Source of the DNA: a virus
IMG/VR virus record: IMGVR_UViG_3300047496_000262
Coordinates: 15,849-79,848 of that record
Strand: one strand, 5' to 3'
DNA: 64,000 nucleotides
This document shows, piece by piece, positions 35,909-45,321 of the stretch. The translations under genes and the position numbers were made by a program. Position 1 is the stretch's first letter. Each line of letters opens with the position of its first letter. The notes under the pieces were generated by a model. That model saw only the letters and a program-made list of their open reading frames with translations. It did no database searches and was not told where the DNA came from.

Positions 35909-37798
35909 GTGAGCCAGATTTCCTATACAGGTAGTTTCAATTCCGGCACCCTGATTGTCCCGGATTTCTACCTGAACATCCAGGCGCCGCAATCCGGGGT
36001 GATCCCGCCCGCGCCGTTTGGCCGGGTGGGGGTTGTCGGGATTGCCGGCTGGGGTCCGGTCAACAAGGCGACGCTGATTTCGGGTACCGGCATTTCGATG
36101 TTCGGCAACCTGACCAACCGGACCTACGATCTGGTCACGGCGGCGACCATCGTCCTGCAATCGCAAGGGGCGGCGGGGCTGGGTGCCAACATGACCGTGG
36201 TGCGGGTGACCGACGGGACCGACACGGCGGCCACCGCCTCGGTCGGCGGCACCAGCTTCACCAAGGAAACCGCCACGATCGGCGGTACCATCACCAACGG
36301 CGATGCGGTCAGGATCACCGCGACCTCGTCCGGCATCACCGGTTCCCCGGTGACCGTTTCCTATGCGGTCGGTGCCAGTGACACGGTCTCGACCATCGCC
36401 GCCGGGTTGAAGGCGCTGATCAACGCCAACAGCGCGTTCCAGGCGGTGAACCTGACCGCGACCGTGGTGGGTGCTGTCGTCACCATCGTCTATCCGACCA
36501 GCCTGACCGTGACCTGGAGCCAAGCCGTCACCGGGAGTGCGACGGAGACCGTGACCCTGGCCGCCGGCACCGCCACGGTCTATGGCGCCACCTTTACCTC
36601 GTACTACACCGGGTCCTATGGCAACCAGACGGCCGTGACCATCGGCACCGGATCGGCCATCGGCACCTTTAAGGTCACCATCACCGTGCCCAATATCGGG
36701 TCGGAGACCTATAACAACATCACCGGCAGCGGCACCACGTTCTGGACCAATCTGTGCAACGCCATCAACAACGGGCAAAGCGCCATCCGCGGCCCGTCGC
36801 AGTTGATCAGCGCCACGCTGGGCCAGTCGAATGTAGCCCCCACCCCGGCCACGACGACCCTCAGCGGCGGCACCGACGGGGTGCTGACGCTGTCGTCATC
36901 CACCTTTATCGGGGTCGACGTGGTGCCGCGGACCGGGATGTATGCGCTGCGCAACTCGCAGTGCAGCGACGCGTTTATCGCCGATATGTCCGACACGACG
37001 CAGGAAAGCGCCCAATTGCTGTTCGGCCAGTCGGAAGGCATCCTGATGCACGCCGCTGGCCCACCGGGCGAGACCCCGGCCACGGCGCAGACCACCAGGT
37101 CCAGTGTCGGCACCGATAACCAGTGGTTCAAGCGCTATCTGGGCGATTGGTGCTATTGGCAGGACAACACCAATAACGTCCGCCGGTTGCTGGCACCGCA
37201 GGTATTCGGTGTTGCCACCATGTGTACCCTCCAGCCGCAGCAATCGGCACTCAACCAGCAGACCCCGGCGGTGCTGGCGACCCAGCGCAGCCTGACCGGC
37301 AGCGCCTATGCCAATGACGAGTTGGCGACGCTGACCCTGTCGGACATCGAGGTCATCTGCAACCCGATCCCGGCCGGGGCCTCGTTCGGGTGCCGCATCG
37401 GCCTGGTGTGTTCGTCGAACGATGCCGCCAACACCGATAACTGGCCGCGCCTGACCAGCTTTATCGCGCGCTCGCTGACCGGGCCGGGGGCCTTGGGCAC
37501 CCTGATCGGCCAGCCCATCACGCCGCAATTCTTCACCAACGGCTATGGCATGTTGCAGGCGTTCTTCGCGCAACTGGCGGGGACCACGCCGGCCACGATC
37601 AGCGGCTACAACATCCTGTTCGGCACCGCCAACAACCCGCAAAGCCAGACCTCGCGCGGCATCGTGACCGCCCAGGTTTGGGTCCAGTATCTGGGGATTG
37701 CCCGGATCTTCGTGGTCAACATGCAGACCGGGGCGACCGTCGTGCTGCCGGCCAATAACGATGCACCGCCGGCCTCGCTGTTGCAGCTTGCCGCGTGA
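35909..37798 (+). CDS. contractile tail sheath protein
   Basis: VPDFY..I..P, GVVGIAGWGPVN, VRVTDGTD and LSGGTDG; GTG start with GGAGG RBS. Confidence 0.9.
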   Translation: MSQISYTGSFNSGTLIVPDFYLNIQAPQSGVIPPAPFGRVGVVGIAGWGPVNKATLISGTGISMFGNLTNRTYDLVTAATIVLQSQGAAGLGANMTVVRVTDGTDTAATASVGGTSFTKETATIGGTITNGDAVRITATSSGITGSPVTVSYAVGASDTVSTIAAGLKALINANSAFQAVNLTATVVGAVVTIVYPTSLTVTWSQAVTGSATETVTLAAGTATVYGATFTSYYTGSYGNQTAVTIGTGSAIGTFKVTITVPNIGSETYNNITGSGTTFWTNLCNAINNGQSAIRGPSQLISATLGQSNVAPTPATTTLSGGTDGVLTLSSSTFIGVDVVPRTGMYALRNSQCSDAFIADMSDTTQESAQLLFGQSEGILMHAAGPPGETPATAQTTRSSVGTDNQWFKRYLGDWCYWQDNTNNVRRLLAPQVFGVATMCTLQPQQSALNQQTPAVLATQRSLTGSAYANDELATLTLSDIEVICNPIPAGASFGCRIGLVCSSNDAANTDNWPRLTSFIARSLTGPGALGTLIGQPITPQFFTNGYGMLQAFFAQLAGTTPATISGYNILFGTANNPQSQTSRGIVTAQVWVQYLGIARIFVVNMQTGATVVLPANNDAPPASLLQLAA

Positions 37799-37813
37799 TA
37801 GAGGGCCAGGGCC

Positions 37814-38269
37814 ATGTCCGATCTTCGCTATAATGTCGGTTCCGACGGCGCGTCGGTGGTGATTTCGATCACCAACGCGCAGACCAACGCCATGTACTAC
37901 GCCAGTTGGACGATCCCGACCGAGTTCGACAGCAGACAGAGAACCGCGCAGCTTGAATCCATCGCGATCGACGGCACGCCCCGGTTTCGCGACCTGGAGG
38001 AAGGCTGGGAAGGCTCCATCACCTTCGACAAGGGCAGCGATAATTTCGACGCCTTCATCGCCGCCAAGGAAGCCGCCCGCTATGCCGGCCAGGAGCCGCC
38101 CTTCATCTCGATCCTGCAAACCATCGCCGACCCGAACGGCAACCCGTCGGCGATTTATCGGTTTGACGGGGTGACGTTGCGCGAGGAAGATGCCGGGCGC
38201 TATACCGGCAACACCAAGGTCACCCAGCGTGTGGCGTGGCGGGCCAGTTTCCGCGTGAAGGTGCAGTAG
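37814..38269 (+). CDS. tail tube protein
   Basis: 151 aa directly after the sheath gene; GWEGSITF, YRFDGV and V.Q...W.AS.R. Confidence 0.8.
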   Translation: MSDLRYNVGSDGASVVISITNAQTNAMYYASWTIPTEFDSRQRTAQLESIAIDGTPRFRDLEEGWEGSITFDKGSDNFDAFIAAKEAARYAGQEPPFISILQTIADPNGNPSAIYRFDGVTLREEDAGRYTGNTKVTQRVAWRASFRVKVQ

Positions 38270-38306
38270 GCGGCACCCTTAACCCCTAAGAGAAAGACCG
38301 GTTGCG

Positions 38307-38708
38307 ATGGTACAGCGCGTTGAAATGGTCCGGCCGGTCGAGCCCCAGGGGCAAAGCGATTCGCCCGCGCGGCGGCAGGTGGCGGCGGCCAACGAGATCG
38401 TGCGGGTGACCGATTCGACCGGCAAGGAGATCGGCATCCGCCGCCAGACCGCGCTGGAAAAGGCGCTGTTGCTGAAAGGGCTGGGCGCCAATGCGGCCTC
38501 CGGCCCTTATGTGCAACTGGCCGCGGTGGCATCCCATGTGGTCGAGATCGACGGCGCGCCCGTACCGCCCGCGCGGAACGACCGGCAAGTCGATGCGATT
38601 ATCGCGCGGCTGGGCGATGAAGGGCTGGAGGCGGTGGCCGAGGCGTTCCCGCTGATCTATCCGCAGGTCGACCGGGATCAGGAGATCCAACTGGCAAAAA
38701 ACTCCTGA
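38307..38708 (+). CDS. tail assembly chaperone (gpG-like)
   Basis: Between the tube and tape-measure genes; ends in the slippery site GCA-AAA-AAC-TCC-TGA. Confidence 0.8.
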   Translation: MVQRVEMVRPVEPQGQSDSPARRQVAAANEIVRVTDSTGKEIGIRRQTALEKALLLKGLGANAASGPYVQLAAVASHVVEIDGAPVPPARNDRQVDAIIARLGDEGLEAVAEAFPLIYPQVDRDQEIQLAKNS

Positions 38709-38869
38709 CGGACGCCCAGTTCCGGGACGTTCATGTCCTGGTCAAACAGGGCGTCCCGTGGGATGTGGCGTGGTCGATGGGTTCGGGCGAGCGACTGGCC
38801 TCGCTGGTGGCGCTAGGCGAGGCCGATGGCGGCACCTGGAACTGGGACCGCATGGACTGGAAGAAGTGA
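38696..38869 (+). CDS. -1 frameshift extension of the tail chaperone (gpGT-like)
   Basis: A-AAA-AAC at 38696-38702; the -1 frame is open: LLTDAQFRDVHVLVKQGVPWDVAWSM...GGTWNWDRMDWKK*. Confidence 0.8.
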   Translation, partial: KKLLTDAQFRDVHVLVKQGVPWDVAWSMGSGERLASLVALGEADGGTWNWDRMDWKK

Positions 38870-38878
38870 GCTTGCCCC

Positions 38879-39394
38879 ATGCGTGAGTTCGATAGCTTTA
38901 GCCGATTTGCCCGCGCGCTGAACGCCGATGCCAACCGGCTGGGCAACAACATCGCCGCCAGCATGAAGGTGATCGCCCGCGATACCGCCGCCGTCGCCAA
39001 GGCCAAGATCGCCACATATCAGCCGGGCTTTGAAGCCGAGGACGATGACGGGATGGTGGTCTTTCCCGAATGGCGCCCGTTGGCGGACAGCACCCTGCTG
39101 GAAAAGTGGGAACTGGGCTATTCGCCGCCCGACAACCCGCTGTTGCGCACCGGGCAATTGCGGCAATCCATCGGCGGCAAAGCCGGGCGCGCGCTGGGCT
39201 ATGGCACCGAGCATTTTGCCACCGTCTATTCGACCGACCCCATCATGCTGGAGCACGAGTTCGGGACCCACCGCAACGGCAAAGAGCATGTGCCGCCCCG
39301 GCCGGTGATCGGCGCGGCCATGGCCGAACGGATGGACCATAATCTGCAACTGGTGCTGATCGCGATCGACAAGACTTTCGTAGGCGGTGGGTGA
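38879..39394 (+). CDS. virion morphogenesis protein (Mu gpG/HK97 gp10-like)
   Basis: W.PLA.ST...K, LLRTGQLRQSI, EFGT and VPPRPV.G. Confidence 0.8.
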   Translation: MREFDSFSRFARALNADANRLGNNIAASMKVIARDTAAVAKAKIATYQPGFEAEDDDGMVVFPEWRPLADSTLLEKWELGYSPPDNPLLRTGQLRQSIGGKAGRALGYGTEHFATVYSTDPIMLEHEFGTHRNGKEHVPPRPVIGAAMAERMDHNLQLVLIAIDKTFVGGG

Positions 39395-39397
39395 TCC

Positions 39398-41659
39398 ATG
39401 GTCGAATCCTATTCGGTAAGCTCGACCCTTCGGGTCAAGGATGAGCTAACCCCGGCGCTCCAGACCGCGGGCGCGAAGGCGCTTTTGCTTTACGAACGCC
39501 TGGCTGCGATCGGCAAGCTGAAGATGCCGGGTTTCAGTTTTCCGAAGTCGGTCGGCACCAATCTGGATGCGGCGGCGGAAGCGCTGAAAAAATTCAACAG
39601 TATGACGGCAAATTCTCCAGCAATTGGTGGTTTGGAGCGGCTGGTCACGCTGTCAGCCCAGTTTGCCAGTAACATGAAAGCCGCCGCAGCGGCCCAAGCC
39701 GCCCTGCGGACCATGCCGAATGTTCCGGGTGCCGGAGGGGCCGGTCAGGGTGGGCGCGGTCGGGGCGGTGGCCCGCCGCCTGGGCCCGTGCCGCCCGGCC
39801 CACCATCGCCCAGCCCGGGCGGATCAGCGAAAAAAAGCTGGGGCAGTGGGGCCTTTGACATGATGTTCGCTGGCAGCATCGTCGATGGCTGGGGCGACCG
39901 GATTCTGGGTTTCATGAAGCAATCAGTCGATGCAACCAAGGAGTACCAGCACCAGATTGCGCAGATGAGCGAAGCCCAAGGCATGAGCCAGAAGGAGATT
40001 GCCGACGCCATTGCCGCCGCTTGGAAGAATACCGGCGAGGTGATGACCATGAGCGTCACGGACAGCCTAAAAACGCTGGTGGACCTGAAGAACATCTTTG
40101 GCGACGTAAAGATGGCAAGCACCATGCTGCCTATTGCGGCCAAGGCCAACGCCATCTTGCAATCGGCGTCGGATGGGCGATTGTCGCAGTCTCAGGCCGA
40201 GAACGTCGGCTTCTCCATGTTCAAGGCTTTGGATATCCGAGGGGCCACCGTGGATCCGACCCGTGCCGAGCACGAGGCCGATCTGATGGTCAAGGTGATC
40301 AACGCGATGCAGGGGCGCGTGACGCCCGAGATGTTCCAGGGCGTGTTTCAGTACGCCCGTCAGGCGAAATTCGATCTGTCGGATGATTTTGCCTATGGGA
40401 TCCTGCCGACCCTGATGCTTGAAATGTCGAAAGGCAGTAGCGGAGGAGGAGGCGGCGGATCCCGCGGTGTCGGTCCTGCGTTGGCGGCGTTCTACCGGGT
40501 AGCCGCCCAAGGTTACGTCAGTAGAGCAGCAGTGCCTTTATGGGAACGTCTTGGCCTCAAGGGTGCCGGTAATGTGCTGGAGACGACGACTCCCGGCACC
40601 GTCATGGCCCCGGTCAAGGAGCGCGGTCTGGCAGAACAGAACCCTTTTGAGTGGGCAACCACTGTCCTTGATCCAGCGATCAAAAAATATTTGGGCACTA
40701 AGTACAGCGAAGGCGCTGAGCGCGAAATTGTTGCAGAATTATTCAAAGGCAATCAACTGGCCGCGTCGATGATCATGGAGTTCATCACCAAGCCGCAGAA
40801 CTTCTCGCGCGACCAGAGACTTATTGGTCAGGCCAGTGGCATCAGCGGGTACAACAAACTGGTGGACACCGACCCGGATTTCGCATGGGCCATGGTCAAT
40901 GCGCAGTTCAAGACGTTTCTGGTCTCCATTGGGCCCGACCTGCTGAAGATCGTGGTGCCGGCCCTGAAGGCCTTGGCGGGCAGCCTTCACGATATGGCGA
41001 TCTGGGCAACCAAGAATCCGGACGCGGTGGGTATGATCATGAAATCGCTGGCCGGGCTTGGCGTGTTTTTTGTGTCCATCGGCACCGCTATGTCGGGTAT
41101 CGGGTCGTTTTTGGTCGTAGCCCAAGCGGCCACCGCGATCGGTGGATTGGCGGTCGCCCTCGCCGCACCTGAGTTGTTGGCCGGTGCCGCCGCCATCTCG
41201 GCCATCATTGCGGCGATCATGTTTTGGAAAGGGCCGGATCCATCGAAGAACACCGGCATAGACGGATCACACGCAATCACGGCACCGGATGGCTCGAAAG
41301 TGGTCATCGGACCCGGTGGAAAGGCATTTTTCACCCAAGGTCACCCGAGCGAATCATTAGTCGATTGGTGGAATAAAGCGACGACGCCGCCGCAGCCACC
41401 GAAAGCCGGTACCCCGATGAACGGGAAAGACTGGAACAGCGTCGACCATATGACTTTTCTGCAAAGCGTGGCAGAGACCGTTCGAGCCATTCTGGGCACA
41501 ACACAGGTCACGATTGATGGCAAGGTGGTCGGACAGATCGTGACCAAGGGCCAGGAACAGCAGATGACCAAGCCGCCGACCAGCACCAACAGCACCGACG
41601 CCTATGGCTCGCCGAATTACGGCACCAGCGCCGGTGATTACGTGCCGACCTTTCCCTGA
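39398..41659 (+). CDS. tape measure protein
   Basis: 753 aa, Ala/Gly-rich and helical, with a hydrophobic segment near the C-terminus; follows the chaperones. Confidence 0.8.
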   Translation: MVESYSVSSTLRVKDELTPALQTAGAKALLLYERLAAIGKLKMPGFSFPKSVGTNLDAAAEALKKFNSMTANSPAIGGLERLVTLSAQFASNMKAAAAAQAALRTMPNVPGAGGAGQGGRGRGGGPPPGPVPPGPPSPSPGGSAKKSWGSGAFDMMFAGSIVDGWGDRILGFMKQSVDATKEYQHQIAQMSEAQGMSQKEIADAIAAAWKNTGEVMTMSVTDSLKTLVDLKNIFGDVKMASTMLPIAAKANAILQSASDGRLSQSQAENVGFSMFKALDIRGATVDPTRAEHEADLMVKVINAMQGRVTPEMFQGVFQYARQAKFDLSDDFAYGILPTLMLEMSKGSSGGGGGGSRGVGPALAAFYRVAAQGYVSRAAVPLWERLGLKGAGNVLETTTPGTVMAPVKERGLAEQNPFEWATTVLDPAIKKYLGTKYSEGAEREIVAELFKGNQLAASMIMEFITKPQNFSRDQRLIGQASGISGYNKLVDTDPDFAWAMVNAQFKTFLVSIGPDLLKIVVPALKALAGSLHDMAIWATKNPDAVGMIMKSLAGLGVFFVSIGTAMSGIGSFLVVAQAATAIGGLAVALAAPELLAGAAAISAIIAAIMFWKGPDPSKNTGIDGSHAITAPDGSKVVIGPGGKAFFTQGHPSESLVDWWNKATTPPQPPKAGTPMNGKDWNSVDHMTFLQSVAETVRAILGTTQVTIDGKVVGQIVTKGQEQQMTKPPTSTNSTDAYGSPNYGTSAGDYVPTFP

Positions 41660-42510
41660 TGTCCGCGGTTCCATCGGCCGGCGGGTTTCCGCCCGATTTC
41701 GTCCTGACGCTGGGCAGCGTGCAGTTCAAGAAATTCGAGATCCCGCGCGAGCTTGGCGGCGGCCTTACCCAATCGACCTTTATCCACAAATACCCCGGCG
41801 GCGCCCGTACCGTCGACACCATGGGGCCGGATTACGACACGCTGGAATGGAGCGGCACGTTCCTGGACAGCGATGCCGAGTCCCGCTGCCTGGACCTGAA
41901 GGCGCTGGCCGCCGCCGGATCCGAGATCACGCTGACCTTTAGCCAGTTCAGCTATCAGGTGGTGATCGCCAAATTCACCTTCAAATTCCGGCGCTATTAC
42001 CAGATCGACTATAGCATCAGCCTGACCGTCATCGCCGATAACAGCAACCCGATCGGCGATGCCGGGCAATCCGATACCGGTGCGACCGGCACGCAAGGCC
42101 CCAGCACCACGGATAATCCCGACGAATCGGTGATGCAACAGGACGTGGCCGACGTGGCGGACGATGCCGGCCAGATCGACAACGGCGTGTTGTCGGGCGC
42201 GGTCGGATCCATCACGTCACTGGTGGATTCGGTCGATTCCATTGTCGGCATGGGGCAGAGCGATCTGGCCTCGCTGTCCGGGTTCGTCAACACCGCGCTG
42301 TCGACCGCGAACGGGCTGGTTTCGACGTTCGATTCCGCGGTGGTGGCGGCCGGGGCGGTCGCCAATTTCGTCTCCGGCACCACGCCCCAGGCCTTCATCG
42401 CCACGTTGAACGCCCTCAGCGCTGCCAATTACAATCTGTGCTATGCTGCCGATGCGGCCAACAAGCTATCCCGCCTACAGTTGAGCGTGGTCAGCCTCCA
42501 GGCGCAGTAA
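41659..42510 (+). CDS. tail tube initiator (P2 gpU/DNA-circulation-like)
   Basis: TLG...F..FEIP, H.YPGG.R.VD.MG...D..EWSG.F. Confidence 0.75.
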   Translation: MSAVPSAGGFPPDFVLTLGSVQFKKFEIPRELGGGLTQSTFIHKYPGGARTVDTMGPDYDTLEWSGTFLDSDAESRCLDLKALAAAGSEITLTFSQFSYQVVIAKFTFKFRRYYQIDYSISLTVIADNSNPIGDAGQSDTGATGTQGPSTTDNPDESVMQQDVADVADDAGQIDNGVLSGAVGSITSLVDSVDSIVGMGQSDLASLSGFVNTALSTANGLVSTFDSAVVAAGAVANFVSGTTPQAFIATLNALSAANYNLCYAADAANKLSRLQLSVVSLQAQ

Positions 42511-42526
42511 CCCGTGGGAGTGGCCC

Positions 42527-42721
42527 TTGAACAGCGTGCAGGCGTCGCCCGGCGATGATCTTTACCGCATCTCGGCCCGGGTCTATGGCACGGTGCAGGG
42601 CTGGACGCTGATCGCCCGTGCCAACGGGCTGATCGACCCGCTGATCCAGACCGCGATCAATTTGCAGATCCCCAAATACTCGTCGTCCAGTGCCAATGAC
42701 GGCATTCTGAGCCCGCCCTAG
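42527..42721 (+). CDS. LysM/gpX-like baseplate protein
   Basis: GDDLYRISARVYG....W..IARANGL.DP......L.IP. Confidence 0.8.
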   Translation: MNSVQASPGDDLYRISARVYGTVQGWTLIARANGLIDPLIQTAINLQIPKYSSSSANDGILSPP

Positions 42722-42733
42722 AGACCAGGGCCG

Positions 42734-43912
42734 ATGAGCCAGATTCCAGGATCCAGCCTGCCGACACCGGCACCCGCCGGATCACGCATTTCCAGCAGTC
42801 GGCGCCCCCGGCTGTTCGCCAAGATCAACGGCAGCGTGGTCGACACCATCGCCATCATGGTCGAGAACTGCGCCGCCATGTCGGCCGATAAATTCGAGGT
42901 CGAGTTGCAGGCCTGGGGGCAACAGGAAGGCTTCGATATCGGCTATTTCCAAGGCGTGGAGACCCCGGTCATGGTCGAGATCTGGGGCGGTTTTCTGGCC
43001 GATGCCGACCCGGTCAACGCCATCCCCCAGAACGCCAATCTGCTGATCAAGGGCAAGGTCGACGAAGTGAGGGCGCCGTTGACCGGTGGCAACCTGTCGC
43101 TGTCCGGCCGCGACATGACATCGACCATGCTGGACCAGACCCATGACGGCAATTTCACCAACCAGACAGCCAGCCAGGTGGTCACCACATTGGCAAATCA
43201 GGCGGGGCTGATTGCCGATGTGACCGCCACCACCAGCGCCATCGGTTCGGCGGTGGAGAATGCGGCCTATACCGCGCTGTCGCTGGGCCTGCCGCTGTGG
43301 CAGATCGCATCCGGGTTGGCCGTGCAGGAAGGCTTCGACGTGTTCGTGAAGGGCGACACGCTGTTTTTTCACCCGCCCAACCCCAGCAAGACGGCGACCA
43401 GCCCCAACCCGCCCAACACCAGTTCGGCGGCGGCACCGGCTGCCGATACCCAGCCTTTGAACATCTGGATCACCAGATCATCGAACGGCGCCATCGTTTC
43501 AAACGCCACCCGGATCGAATGGCGCCGATCGCTGACCCTGGACGACCCCTTCGTCAAGGTCAGGAGCACCAATATCCCCGGCGCCACCGCGGTCACCGCG
43601 ACCGCCGGTAGCTCGGCCAGCCCGACACAGACCTTCCAGATCACCAAGCCCAATCTGACCGGCAAGCAGGCCAAGCAATTATCCCAATCCGTCCTGGCAT
43701 CGGCGCAGCGGCATTCGACCGTGTTCGAGGTGGAGATGGAGGCAGATTTCGTCACCGATGTCCGCATGCCGTTCGTGCTGAGCGGCACCGGCACACCGCT
43801 GGACGGGACCTATCGGATTGACACCATCACCCGGAATTATTCGTTCGGCGGCGGGTTTTCGATGCACATTCGCGCCATCACGCCGCCCACGCCCGGCGAG
43901 GTGACGCCGTAA
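42734..43912 (+). CDS. baseplate hub (P2 gpD/Mu gp44-like)
   Basis: ADKFEV, G.VD, LSGRD, NQTASQVV..LA, LA..EGF..FV.G.TL.F.P and Y.IDTIT...S..GGF. Confidence 0.85.
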   Translation: MSQIPGSSLPTPAPAGSRISSSRRPRLFAKINGSVVDTIAIMVENCAAMSADKFEVELQAWGQQEGFDIGYFQGVETPVMVEIWGGFLADADPVNAIPQNANLLIKGKVDEVRAPLTGGNLSLSGRDMTSTMLDQTHDGNFTNQTASQVVTTLANQAGLIADVTATTSAIGSAVENAAYTALSLGLPLWQIASGLAVQEGFDVFVKGDTLFFHPPNPSKTATSPNPPNTSSAAAPAADTQPLNIWITRSSNGAIVSNATRIEWRRSLTLDDPFVKVRSTNIPGATAVTATAGSSASPTQTFQITKPNLTGKQAKQLSQSVLASAQRHSTVFEVEMEADFVTDVRMPFVLSGTGTPLDGTYRIDTITRNYSFGGGFSMHIRAITPPTPGEVTP

Positions 43913-44472
43913 TGTCCGACGTGATCGCCAACCGGATGCGCCAGGAGGCCGCGCGCATCATGAAGCTGATTGCCGATCAGCGCATGGCGGTGGTGACCAG
44001 TTATGACCAGAACCGGTTTCAGGCCAAGGTGATGATCCTGCCCGAGATGGTGGTGACCGACTGGGCCCCGATTCTGACCATGGCGGTCGGCAATGGGTTT
44101 GGCATCTATGCCGCCCCCAATATCGGCGATCAGGTGAAGCTGAGCTTTATCGAAAACCAGCGCGGCATGCCGGTCATTGAGGGGCGGGTGAACGATCAGG
44201 CGCATCCGCCGCCGGCCGTGCCCGCGGGCCAGATCTGGATCATGCAAGGCGCCGATCCGGCCGGCCCGTCGATCAAGCTGAGCACCGTCAGCGGCACGCC
44301 CAGCATCGCCATCACCGGCGAGGTGACCATCACCGGCGACGTGTTGGTGAACGGCAACAGCCTGACCACGTCGGGCAATGTGGTGGTCGGCACCGGCGCA
44401 TCGGGATCTTTCACCACGCCCACCGGCAACATCGTGACGGTGCAGGACGGCATCGTCACCAATATCTATTGA
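43912..44472 (+). CDS. baseplate spike (gpV-like)
   Basis: VVTSYD....AKV...PE...TDW.PI....VGNG.G....P.IGDQV (OB-fold) plus a beta-helical tail. Confidence 0.85.
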   Translation: MSDVIANRMRQEAARIMKLIADQRMAVVTSYDQNRFQAKVMILPEMVVTDWAPILTMAVGNGFGIYAAPNIGDQVKLSFIENQRGMPVIEGRVNDQAHPPPAVPAGQIWIMQGADPAGPSIKLSTVSGTPSIAITGEVTITGDVLVNGNSLTTSGNVVVGTGASGSFTTPTGNIVTVQDGIVTNIY

Positions 44473-44482
44473 GGAGCAACCC

Positions 44483-44866
44483 ATGCAACCGCAAGGCACC
44501 GCGCTGATCAACGCGCAGTATTTCACCGATCTAACCAACCAGATCAATGCCATCAATATCTGTGCAGATCTTCAAGAGCTTGTAGATGACGCTATCGCCT
44601 CTATACAAGCCAATATCGACTCCATTAAGGAACAGGTCGATCAATTGGAGGCATTGTTACTTATACCGACAAATCTATCACAAGTGATTACATGGATAAC
44701 CAATTTCCAGGCGCAGTTATTACTTCCTTATACCAATTATGTAACACAACTAGCGGAGACGGCGACGGCAATTGCAAATCTGGTTACCGCCATAGAAAAT
44801 GCTGCGGAGCGCATCAAAAACTGCACAATTACCATTCCAACGATCACAATTCCGATTCTTCCCTGA
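44483..44866 (+). CDS. hypothetical helical protein (AT-rich gene)
   Basis: GAGGAG RBS, 127 aa. Confidence 0.65.
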   Translation: MQPQGTALINAQYFTDLTNQINAINICADLQELVDDAIASIQANIDSIKEQVDQLEALLLIPTNLSQVITWITNFQAQLLLPYTNYVTQLAETATAIANLVTAIENAAERIKNCTITIPTITIPILP

Positions 44867-44885
44867 TAGTCTTACGGAGGACCCC

Positions 44886-45275
44886 ATGAGCGATATCGCC
44901 GACCTTAGCCACCTGTACGGCAACGATCTGGCGCTGACCGCATCGGGCGATATCGCGGTGGTGACGGCGGCCAACCGGACCATTCAGCGCGTGATCCGGC
45001 GGCTTTGCACCGCCGCCACCAGCGTTCAGGCGTCATCCTATCCGTGGGAGCCCGATTACGGGGCGGGGCTGCCGGCCAGGGTGGGCCAGACCTTTGATCC
45101 ACGCCTGATCGCCGGGATCATCCGGTCGCAATTGCTGGCCGAGCCCAGCGTGGCCCAGATCCCGGCCCCCCAGATATCGTTAACCAACATCACCGCTAAT
45201 GCGGCGACCTGTAATATCCGCTATACCGATGCCAACGGGCAGCAGCAGGGGGCCAAGTTCAACCTCCTGGGATAA
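44886..45275 (+). CDS. baseplate wedge / sheath initiator (gp25-like)
   Basis: DL.H..GNDL....SGD, QRV.RRL.T, DYGAGL...VG and E.SVA..P.P. Confidence 0.8.
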   Translation: MSDIADLSHLYGNDLALTASGDIAVVTAANRTIQRVIRRLCTAATSVQASSYPWEPDYGAGLPARVGQTFDPRLIAGIIRSQLLAEPSVAQIPAPQISLTNITANAATCNIRYTDANGQQQGAKFNLLG

Positions 45276-45321
45276 TCATCCTTTTGGGATAATGATCCCC
45301 CTGCCGAGATGAGGGTCCGCC

